Below are positions 13,394 to 24,086 of a DNA stretch of 64,000 bases, piece by piece. Made by a program: the position numbers and the translations under genes. Source of the stretch: Dictyostelium discoideum (Eukaryota); NCBI GenBank assembly GCA_000004695.1, contig CM000153.2, positions 2,432,001 to 2,496,000 on the forward strand, in the 5' to 3' direction. Each line of letters begins with the position of its first letter. Position 1 is the stretch's first letter. The notes under the pieces are model-generated. The model made no database searches, was not told the origin of the DNA, and was given only the letters and a program-made list of their open reading frames with translations.

Positions 13394-14427
13394 TTATAAA
13401 TCATCATCATCACCACCATTTTTTGAAACTTCAACACTAAACATTGAAGTATTGAATTGATCAGAAGTATTATTTGTTGAAGTATTATTCTTTGTAGTTG
13501 AAGTTGCACCAACACTTGAAATTTTAGAACGAATTGCTTTAAAGTATTTATTATTCACAAGATCAGATTCTAAAATTATATTTTTTGAACGAGAATTAAT
13601 ACCATAGAAAATGCAAACTTCAATACCTAACAAACGTAAGAAAAATAAAAATATAAATTGAGTTGCATAAGGTACGGCTTTTGGTAATGGACAACCATCT
13701 GATGAACCTGTTGTTTGAACACAAATTACCCAATCTGTAATATTTTGTGTGAATTTCTCTGTATTTTCTTGAACCCAAAAATGATATACAAATAAATAAA
13801 TATATTCTATAAAAATAAATGAAACTATACCAAATAATCTTGCATTTGCTAATATAATTGAAATTCCTGATCTACCAACATTTTTAAAAACTTTAACAAT
13901 TTCATAAATAATTAAACAAATTGAAACTGCTCCAATTAATAAACATATTAACATTGGTATCCAAAAACAACCATTTTGAACTGAATTACTCATAATCCAA
14001 CAACTGTTTTTTTTTTTTCAAAAAAAAAAAAAAACAAAACATCTTAATTAATATTAATTAAAAAATTAAAAATTAATTTTTTTAAGAAAAAAAAAAAAAT
14101 ACAAACCCAACACCTCCAAAACCATATCCATAATCATCCCAAGCTAATGGTACAGTTGTAAATAATAAAGCTAAAGTAAAAATTGCAGCAACAAAATATT
14201 TAACAGTAAATGCTGGTAATGATAATTTTTTAATAACTAAATATAAATCAATTGCCTAAAAATTAAAATAATTAAAAATAAAAAATTAATTTTTGATTAT
14301 AAAAAAAAAATAAAAAAAAATAATAATAATTAAATAAATAAATACCATTGCTGACCAAAACATTGTTGTACAAACTGCACCCTATAATAATTTTAAATAA
14401 ATATAGTGTTAATAATATTAATTTTAC

Positions 14428-14471
<44 letters not shown>

Positions 14472-15839
14472 ATACCCATTGAAAAATTATACCATTTGCA
14501 ACACATCTTGAATCATGAATTCTTGCAAATCTACCAGGTTCAGGACAAACTAAAGAATAATCTGGACTTGAAGCGACAATTAAATCTGATAACATACAAC
14601 ACCATAAAGAAAATGATAAACATAAAATACCAATTGTATGTCTATCATGTTTTTTATTTAAAAAACCATATATGAAAATATTGAAAAATATACAAACAAA
14701 TGAAATTACACCAGTAACTGTTGTTAAATCTTTAAATTGGTACCATTCATTCTCTGTAAAGAATGGTACTGGACAGGGTAATAAACAATCGGAGGTTTCG
14801 GTAAGATATTGGTAACCTTTTTTAATATCATCTTCTCTATTGGTTGAATTTCTATAAACTAAAGGATAAACACATGTTTGATTAACAATTACAGTTTCAT
14901 TATTTGAAATATAGGTACCATTTAAATTACCTGCTTTCATCGTATCAATATTTAAACATTGTAAATCATAATTACTTGGTCCACCCAATGATGAAAGATC
15001 AAATACATTTGATGTAACTGGAAATTTATAAATTGTTGGTTCTGTGAATGTACCTGTGCATGGGGTAATTGATTGAGTTCCACAAATACCATTACCATAA
15101 TCACATGATTCTCTACATGGTCTTAAAGGAATTGCTATAGTTGATGAATTATCTGTTTTTGAAATTGGAACACAAGTTTGGAAATATTGATTACATATTA
15201 ATCTATAAGTTGATGGAACTTGGCATGTTGATGGGAGCATTGAAAAAAATCCCAACAAACGTTTTATTTCTAATTCTATACTTTCTTGTGTTGTTGTTGA
15301 ATTAAAAATATAAATTGAATCTGGATTTGAGAAAAAAAAAAAAAAAAGATTTTTTTTAAATTAGATTTTTTAATTTTGGGCAAAAGTGTTTAAAAAAAAA
15401 AAAAATTTTATTCATTTTTTTAAATGGGGGAAATTTCAAAAATAACCACAATTATATAATAATCAAAATAAAGGATTAGATATTTAAGTAGATTTTTATT
15501 TTGATTATTTTTTTATGATTTTTTTTTTTTTTGGTAAAGGTAAATTTTGTGTATTATCATATAAAATTAAATTAATTGAATTTAATTTAATTTAATAATA
15601 AATTTCATTTTTTTTTTTAATAAGATAAAGAGTTTTGGTTATATATAAAAATAAAAAATAAAAAATAAAGTATTAAAAAAATAATAATATTCACCTGTAT
15701 TAAATAAATATGGGTCACATATGGATGTTATAGTTTTCTTTTGGCAAAATGCATCCGAATTTATTGCTTTTTGTGAATTTACATAATTATAAAAAATAAA
15801 AAATATTATAAAAAAAAGTGATTTTCTAATATCCACCAT
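13394..15839 (-). CDS. Frizzled/Smoothened-like 7TM receptor with N-terminal Frizzled-type cysteine-rich domain (5 exons: 15695..15839, 14476..15320, 14346..14381, 14107..14255, 13394..14003; about 594 aa)
   Basis: Signal peptide MVDIRKSLFFIIFFIF. The CRD-like Cys pattern ends …LRPCRESCDYGNGICG (compare Fz CRD PCRSLCE). Seven hydrophobic helices are spread over exons 2-5. The exon sum is 1785 nt, which is 595 codons. The exon 4 donor is a weak GTTTGT and the 36-nt exon 3 is tentative. Confidence 0.5.
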
Positions 15840-16743
15840 TTTATGTTTATTATATTTTTTTAATTTTAAATTGAATTAAAAAAAAAAAAAAAAAAAAAAA
15901 AAAGATTTGGTTTGATTTTTATTTTTATTTTTTTTTTTTTTTTAAAGGAAAATCAGTAAAAAAATAAAAAAAATAAATGTAAATATATTTATAATAAAAA
16001 AATATAAAAAAAAAAAAAGGTGGGAAAAGGATTACGGGGTGGGAAAAAAAAAATGATTTGCCTATAAAAAAATAAAAAAAAATTTAAAAAGAGTAAAATT
16101 AAAATAAAAAAAAAAAAAAAATAAAAAAAAAAAAAAAATAATATTTGAATAACTATAGGGTTCAGTTTTTACTTTTTTGAAAGATTTTTACCTCGACCGT
16201 TGATATTTTTGGTGCTATAATAAAAAATATCTAAAAAACAAAAAAAAAATAAAAATAAAAATAAAAATAAAAAAAAAAAAACAAACAAAACGGTTTTGTT
16301 GCACGAAATTGAAAAAAAAAAAAAATGCGTACAACCATATCATCAGTAAACTTCTGGAATAATAAAATATAATGTTTGGTTTATTATTTAAACTCTTTTT
16401 TTTTTTTTTGTAATTGTTGTCCTTTATTTTTTTAATGATTTTACCTTTCACTCTTTGTAAAAAATATCTACAAGAAATTATAAATTTAATATCTCATTTA
16501 AGAAACATATTTATTGAAAATTAATAATAAAAAAAATAAAAATAAAATGATAATAAAAAAAAATGAAACAATTAATATAAAAATGAAATAATAAAAAATT
16601 AATGATAAAATTGTAAAGAAAAAAAAAAAAATAATAAAAATGAAATAATAAAAAATTAATGATAATTTGAAGTGAAGCAAAAGCTTTTTTTTAAAAAACA
16701 AACAATAGAAAAACTATTTTGTTTTATTATTATTTTTTTATTA

Positions 16744-18010
16744 TTATAATAATAATGATAAAATAATAAATATAGCAGAGAAACATAATGAAACTTTAAT
16801 GGTGTTACCAAAAGATGAATCTTTTTCTTTTGGGATTGTTTGATGTAATGATGAATCATAGATATCAGAACCAAGAACAAGATTATTAACTTTTAAACCT
16901 GAATGAGTGTTAACATTGATTGAACATTCAACATCAGAGGTTTCACATACAACATTATCTCCAACACAATGAATTGATGGACTTGGAGAAGAACAATTAA
17001 TGGTACCATTAATATTATCAGTTGAACAAGTTGACCCACCACTTGATGTACACATTATTGGACCATTACCTTTACAATAAATTGGTTGAGGACTATTAAC
17101 AGTAATACCATTATTTGTTACACTGCATAAAATTTTTGAAGGCTTTGGTGTTTGGGTTGGTGTATGAGATGGTGTTTGGGTTGGTGTATGAGATGGTGTT
17201 TGGGTTGGTGTTTGAGATGGTGTTTGGGTTGGTGTATGAGATGGTGTTTGGGTTGGTGTATGAGATGGTGTTTGAGTTGGTGTTTGAGATGGTGTTTGAG
17301 TTGGTGTTTGAGATGGTGTTTGAGTTGGTACTTGAGTTGGTGTTTGAGTTGGTGTATGAGATGGTGTTTGAGATGGTGTTTGAGATGGTTGTTGAGTTGG
17401 GTTTGGAATTGGACAAGCATATTGACTTTCAATAAAAAAGTTGTAGATACATTTAGGACTTTCACTTAATTCTTTGATTAAGAATCTAACATTTGGGTTA
17501 CATTTAAATGAATATGTTGAATTTCTATGTCCTGCATTGCCACAACCGGTAGTAGGTTGTTGTTGGGAATTATAGTAGGTAATTTGAATTGTATTATTTG
17601 GACTTGGATTAAATAGATAGACTACATTATTAACATTACCAATTTCAAAATTAGACACTCCCTCTGTTTGACATGATTGTGTACCCTCTAAAAGTGTAAC
17701 ATTATTTTCACAAAAAATATTTTTTGAGCATAAATTGAAATTATACTAGTAAAATAGTATGGGTTAATTTTTATTAATTTTAATTAAAAAGAAAAAAAAT
17801 AAAATAAAATAAAATAAAAAAATTTACAGAATAAATTCCACCAGATACTTGATTATATGGTGCTCTGAAAAAAAATGATTGGTTTTTTAATGGAGATAAA
17901 TCAATTGTATAATCAGAGTTATTAAAAATACATGAATCTGAAGTTGGACTAGATTTCACACTTCCAACAATAGCAATCAATGAAATAATTAAAATAAAAT
18001 AATTTTTCAT
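16744..18010 (-). CDS. Secreted/GPI-anchored protein with an MRH (mannose-6-phosphate receptor homology) domain and a Thr/Pro/Gln mucin-like repeat (2 exons: 17828..18010, 16744..17745; about 394 aa)
   Basis: Signal peptide [18 protein letters not shown]. The MRH-like start [15 protein letters not shown] and the MRH-like end [14 protein letters not shown] are present. There are 8-aa repeats ([16 protein letters not shown]). The C-terminus is hydrophobic ([14 protein letters not shown]), typical of a GPI signal. Intron 17746..17827 has a GTAAAT donor and a …tactag acceptor. Confidence 0.55.
17145..17400 (-). repeat. 24-nt tandem coding repeat (ggtgtttgrgttggtgtatgagat)n encoding ([16 protein letters not shown])n
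   Basis: About 10 units are directly visible. They produce overlapping spurious ORFs in four other frames. Confidence 0.8.
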
Positions 18011-18299
18011 TTTTTATTTTATATTTTTTATTTTTATTTTATATTATTATTATTTTTTTTTTCAATGTTGAAAAAAACAAGAAAAATATTTAATATTAAA
18101 AAAAAAAAAAAAAATAAGAAAAAAAAAAAAAGAGTTGTTGTACTGATTAAAATTTTTTTTTTTTTAAAAGTTTTTTATTTCCTCCAATTTTCTTTATTTT
18201 TTTTTTTTTTCATAAAACCAAAAATAAAATTAAAAAAAAAAATTCCTAGCTTTCCAAAAAAGCCGTGTTTTAAGAAAATAAAAAAATTAAAGTAAAAAA

Positions 18300-18366
18300 A
18301 AAAAAAGGCCACAAACACCCACCAGCGCCGCACAAAATCACTTTTCACCAAGAAATTTTTACACCC
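18300..18366. promoter_or_regulatory. C/CA-rich element (GGCCACAAACACCCACCAGCGCCGCACAAAATCAC…ACACCCAACCGC) about 300 bp upstream of the MRH-domain gene start
   Basis: A second compositional outlier of the same CA-rich flavour as 9718-9790. Confidence 0.3.
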
Positions 18367-18677
18367 AACCGCTTTTTTTTTTTTTTTTTTTTATTTGCCA
18401 AGAATTTTTTACAAAAATTACAATAATTTAAAACCTTTTTTTTTTGTTTTTTCATTTTTCAATTGGCTTTTTTTTTTTAATTCTAGTTCTTAAAATTGAA
18501 AGTAATATTTTTTTTTATTATCACAATCTCAATTTAAACTTTGAATAATAATAATTATAATAATAATAATAATAAAAATGAAATAATTGTTGTAAAAAAA
18601 AAAAAAAGACTATTTTTATTTTTTTTTTTTTTTGCTTCTATTTTTTTATTTTATTTTTTTTTTTATTTTTTTTTTTT

Positions 18678-19292
18678 TTAATTAATGCAAGTTGCTTTAT
18701 ATTGAGCATCAAAACATGTAGTTAAATGGTTTGTATTACAGGAATTAGAATTATCACCACAAATTGTGATGTATGGAATTCCTTCTACACAAGTAAATTC
18801 TTGAGTTGAACTTTGATTATCATAATCAACTGTTGTACCATTTGTTACAAAAGTAAAGTTTTGATAATTATCAATACTACATGGGTCACCAAAACTACCA
18901 GATTTACTCCATACATTAAATTGTAATGAATTTTTTGGTAAATCAGCATTCAATTCAACTAAATAATAACCTTTAAAATAGGTTGAATATTGGCATGTAT
19001 TAAAATTGAATATCTCTGTAACATAAGGTTTTCCATTTGAACCAAGTACGCTCATCTTGAGTTGATCACTTTTTGTTGATTCAGAGAAATCTAAAAGGTC
19101 ATAAAAATTTCCAAAAACTTGAATTAAATTTGAATTCATAGATGTCAATTCTGGCATATAACCATAACCAATACCACCACCAACTTGAGTGCATTTTGAA
19201 TCTCTGAATGGAGTTAATACAATTGTTTCATTTTTTGAAAAAACTGAGTTAATTGAAAAGATTAAAAATATAATTGAAAATAAGAGTTTCAT
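18678..19292 (-). CDS. Small secreted Cys-containing protein of unknown function (single exon, 204 aa)
   Basis: ATG-initiated. N-terminal signal peptide MKLLFSIIFLIFSINSVFS. 12 Cys. Flanked by poly-A/T spacers. No recognisable domain. Confidence 0.5.
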   Translation of the reverse strand: MKLLFSIIFLIFSINSVFSKNETIVLTPFRDSKCTQVGGGIGYGYMPELTSMNSNLIQVFGNFYDLLDFSESTKSDQLKMSVLGSNGKPYVTEIFNFNTCQYSTYFKGYYLVELNADLPKNSLQFNVWSKSGSFGDPCSIDNYQNFTFVTNGTTVDYDNQSSTQEFTCVEGIPYITICGDNSNSCNTNHLTTCFDAQYKATCIN

Positions 19293-20497
19293 TATTTTTT
19301 TTATTTTTTTTTTATTTACTACTTCAAAATGAGCAAGATTTTGAAAGATGGTGGTAAAAAAAAAAAAAAAAAAATTTAATTTATACTAATAAAAAAAAAA
19401 AATAAAATAAAATAATAAGGGATGGTTTTCAAAATTGATTGATATTTTTTTTTTTTCTTCACACTATTTTTTTTTCAAAAAAAAAATCTTTAGAACGTTT
19501 TTGTACAATGGAACAAAATTTTAATTTATTTTTTTTTTTTTTTTTTTTTGGTTTTGAATTAATATCTTTTTTTTTTAATTTTTTTTTCCACAAAAAATCT
19601 TATTTTCAAAGAAAAAATGACCAAGTGTTTTATTTTATTTTTATTTTTTTAGAATCTGGATTAATTCCAAAATAATAACAGTTTGGAATCCACCCAGATG
19701 ACATGGAATGAAGATATTTATAATAATTGGTTCAAAAATATTTTCGTTTGACTTTTTTTATAACTTTTTTTTTTTATTTTTTTATTTGTAGTATTTAAAA
19801 AATAAACAACTTATAATAATAAAATTTTTTTTTTTAAATAATCTAAATGAAAAAATTGTTAGAAAAAAAAAAAAAAAAAAAAAAAAATAAAGAATATTAT
19901 AAATTAACAAAAACAATTATATTTTTATTTTTGTTTTTATTTTTTGTTATGTTTTTTGACAAACCAATTATGGTTTTTATTTTTGTTTTTATTTTTGTTA
20001 TGTTTTTTATTTTAGTAATACCTTTATTTTATTTGTTTTTTTTTTATTTTTTTTTTTTATTTAATATTTTTTTATTTTGTCCTTTTTGATACCAGGAAAT
20101 TAAGATTAATTGTCAATAGATCTTGAATATTTTATATTCAAAAAATTAATCTTCGAAGGTGCCTTATATTTTCAGAAAATTTAAAAGTTGGATAGGCTCC
20201 GTCTTTTTAAGGTTTTAATGAGGAATAAAGCATTTCTGTACTTTTGTATTTTTCATATTCAGCCGTGCTATCATAAAGTCCTTCATATGAGGCACAATAA
20301 TTAAAATCATACTGGAAATTCATATTTTTTTTGCTTTTCCCCAAGGTGTAATTTTTTTTATTTTTATTTTCACTTTTGCCGCGCTGTTTTTTTTTTTTTT
20401 TTTTATTTCAGATATTTTTATTTTCAATTGTTTTATTTTTATTTTAACTTTTAACGCACTGTTTTTTTTTTTATTTTTTTTTTTTATAAATAAAAAG

Positions 20498-20978
20498 ATG
20501 AAATATGGGGTTAAATATGAAATTGATCAATCTATTCCAAACGATTTGCCTGATTTTCCATTTATAGATGAAAAAGATTATCCATCTGAACGATGGGAAA
20601 TTACACTAAAAGATCAAGACACAATAATATTTTCTTTTAATTTTCTTTATGTTTGTATTTTATATTGAAAACAAAAAATATATCAATTAAAAATAAAATG
20701 TCAAAATTATTAATAATAATAATAATACCATTTGAAACAATAATTAGATTGGGAAATTTTTAAATGAAATTAAGAGATATTGTAAAAACAGAATAATTAC
20801 TTTTGAAACAAACATTCCAAAAGAAAATAATTTTTATTTATTATATCATTTTATTATTTGGAAAAATAAAAATAATTGGTGTGAAGATTCCAAGGTTTTA
20901 ATCTTTAAAAACTCAATGATATTTATTTTTTGTGAAACTCGAATTAAAATTGATATTGATAATAATGAAATTATAATT
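20498..20978 (+). CDS. Possible 5' coding exons (20498..20650 and 20748..20978) that could splice into the OLD-family gene via an acceptor at 21065
   Basis: ATG at 20498 is preceded by TATAAATAAAAAG. Exon A (51 codons) ends at a GTTTGT donor. An …aattag acceptor gives a phase-0 77-codon exon B ending at a perfect ATT|GTAAGT donor at 20979. The only frame-compatible acceptor into the 21105 ORF is …tattaaag| at 21065. The alternative is that these are unrelated ORFs and the gene starts at 21105. Confidence 0.3.
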
Positions 20979-21009
20979 GTAAGTTATTAATAACAAAAAA
21001 AAAAAAAAA

Positions 21010-21046
<37 letters not shown>

Positions 21047-21104
21047 AACTTTTTTAGTATTAAAGAAAAGTAATCCAAAAACAGATACAACTTTAGAATT
21101 AAAA

Positions 21105-22910
21105 ATGAGTAAATTTTTAGAAAATTTAAAAGAAAAACCATTGCAAGTAAAAAATTATTATTATTTTTTCACAATACTTTCTAAAGTTTCAAACTCTGTA
21201 CTTATTAATGATGATGGTTTCGATATTTGGATTTATTCATTAGAGTATCCATTATTTATAATTGCAAAGAATGGTACAGGTAAAACTAGATTTTTAAAAA
21301 AGGTTTTCACAAACTCTGGGATTCTTAAATGTAAACAATCAATTTATTTGAATGAATTTATGGTTTTATCATTTAGTAATGGCGTAAATAATGAAGAGGT
21401 TAAATTCTTTGAAGAGTTTTTAAATGTTTATAAAGCACATTCGATGTTATCAACTCTAAATAATAAAGGATTCTTAACGAAATATATATGGAATTCAATT
21501 AATGAGGTATTAAAATCGAATAATTTACCTTTCTCATTATTACCATCGGATTTAAAGAGTGATAGATTATTATTTAAAATGGATGATGTAACACTTTATT
21601 ACCATGATTTATCATCCGGTGAAAAAACATTATTTATAGTGTTTGCTTTAATTGTATTCTATCAAGATAATTATTCAGGTATTGCTGATGAAGAAGTTTT
21701 GTTATTATTAGATGAAATTGAAACAACATTGCATGCTCAATCATTAAGAGTTTTATTTAATGCAATTCATAAACAAAGAAATAATTTGAAAATTATAATG
21801 TCAACTCATAATTCAACATCATTAAGAATTGCATCAGAGTATGGTTTTCATTATTATTTATTAGAGAAATCTTTAACCATATCGGATGGAAATTCTGTAA
21901 AAATTAAAGAATTAAAATCACATGAAAATGCAATTAGCTATGTTAGTGATGGAATGTTATCAGTTGTAGATAGTTCAAAACTTGTATTTGTTGAAGACGA
22001 CGATGATAGTAAATTCTATGAAATTGCATATAAAAAACTATTTAATTATCCACACACAACTAGATTAGTATTTTGTAATGCTGGTATAAAAAATAATAGT
22101 CAACATGATCTTAATCAAGTATCATTAATATTAAAGAAAATGGATGGAAATGATGAAAATGTCAAATCCATTCAAAAATTAATTAATACCCTAAAAGAAA
22201 CAAATACAATCGGTGGTAAAACATCAGTTAAAGAAAAGGTTAAATTACTATCTGAAAAATCAGTTACTGAAGAATCATTCAGATTAGGTAATTCTCAAAT
22301 CATTGGTTTATTAGATAAAGATGATGGTAAAAATGAAGGTGAATTTTTAATAACAATTGATTACTATAGTTATGAGATGTTTTTATGTTCTCCTTTAGTA
22401 TTATTTTATATGATAAAAAATGAATTTTTAAAAACATCTCCAGATTCACATTTATCAACAATAACAACAACAACACCATCATCACAAGAAATAAATACAA
22501 ATTTATCACAACAAGATATGGTTTGTTTTGTTATTGAAAAGTTAATTGAAAAAGAAGTTGAAACTAAAAATAGAGAAACAAATAAAACTTGGAAAGAATA
22601 TTTGGATATTTTTTATGAAGGTATACGTTCAACAACATTGTTTGATGTAAAATTAGAAAACCAAGCAATAATCAAAGTACCTGAAATTTTTATAAATGGA
22701 TTTGGTAAAAAAGGAAAAGGTCATAATCTCTTTGATACTTTGGTTAGAATATTTGCATTTGGATTAAATATGCAAGAATCCACTGAAAAATTAAAAATAA
22801 AAACACTTGAAGCTTTTGAAAAAATGTCAACTGATAATATTCCATCATGTTTAAGAGATACATTTTTAAAAGTAATGAATTACTCTTTAAAAAAAATTAC
22901 AAATAATAAC

Positions 22911-22944
<34 letters not shown>

Positions 22945-22955
22945 TAAAAAATTAA
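21105..22955 (+). CDS. OLD-family (overcoming lysogenization defect)-like nuclease: ABC-type ATPase N-terminal domain + C-terminal TOPRIM domain (616 aa in this exon)
   Basis: Walker A IIAKNGTGKTRFL. ABC signature HDLSSGEKTLF. Walker B/D-loop VLLLLDEIETTLHAQ (compare OLD DEPExHLHP). H-loop MSTHNST. TOPRIM motifs KLVFVEDDDDSKFYEIAY (conserved Glu) and IIGLLDKDDG (DxD). Confidence 0.7.
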
Positions 22956-23883
22956 AATTATTGATTACATTATTATTATTATTATTTTTTTTTTTTTTTT
23001 TTCTTTTTTTTTTTTTTTTTCTTTTCAAAAAAAACATAATTAATTATTATTGATCAATAAAATATTCTAATTTAATTAAGAATTTTTAAAAAAAATCTTT
23101 TGTTTCTGGAAAGTATATTTTGGTAGAGAATCTTTAGAAGATAAAAAGAAAAAAAAAATTCAAAATAAAATTCCAATTTGGTTTTATTTCAATAATTTAT
23201 TTATTTTTATTTATTTTTTTTTTTTAAAAATAGTAATAATAAAAAAGAAAAAAATAAAGTATGGGTGCTTTTAGAAAAAAAATAAGAAATAATTAAAAAA
23301 AATTAAAAAAAAATAAAAATAAAAATAAGAAAAAAATGGTTTTAAGATTATTATAATAATCTTTTTAAAGATGATGACGCCCCTGTGGGCTGGTCGGTCG
23401 GTGGGAAATTATAATATTTTTTATTTTTTTTAATTTTTTTTTTTTTTTTGAAATTTCAATTTAAACATCATCAAAATACCTTTTTTTTTATTAATTTTTT
23501 ATTTTTTTTTAATTTTTTTATCTTTTTTTTATTTTTTTTTAATTTTTTTTTTTATTTTATTTTGTTTTTTTTTTTTTTTTTTTTAATTTTTTCCTTTGTT
23601 CTTCATACACAAAAAAGAATTTAAAATAATCTTTAAACAGAAAAAAAAAAAAAAAAAAAATAAAATTAATATAAAAAGGTATTTTAATTTCTCAATTCTT
23701 TTTTTTTTTATATTACATTTTATAATAACTAAAAATATCAAATTATAAGATATTATTATAAATGAAATAGATTTAAAATAAAATTTTATTTTACAATAAA
23801 AAATAATAAAATTAAAAATAAAAATAAAATAAATAATAATAATAATAAAAAAAAAAAAAAAAAAATAAAATAAAATAAAATAA

Positions 23884-23926
<43 letters not shown>

Positions 23927-24086
23927 AACACACTGACATACCACATTCCCACAGACGATAAAATTATATATATATAAAAAAATAATAATAATAATAAAAA
24001 AAGAGAAATAAGAAATAAAAAAATAAAAAAACAATCTTTTTTTAAAAATAACAGTTAATAAAAATAATAATAATAATAATAATAAA

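Noticed and set aside
17111-17469. Four overlapping ORFs on both strands inside 17111-17469
   Set aside because: All are alternative frames of the 24-nt tandem repeat that encodes the TPSQTPTQ mucin-like region of the MRH gene.
20217-20333. 38-codon minus-strand ORF (MNFQYDFNYCASYEGLYDSTAEYEKYKSTEMLYSSLKP) in a slightly GC-richer patch
   Set aside because: Too short, with no splice partners and no homology recognised. Not called.
23786-24034. Assorted short AT-rich ORFs (9817..10011, 18065..18295, 19439..19675, 19847..20089, 23786..24034, 32950..33219, 36574..36765)
   Set aside because: Poly-A/T-derived K/F/I/N low-complexity with no coding periodicity. They lie in intergenic spacers.
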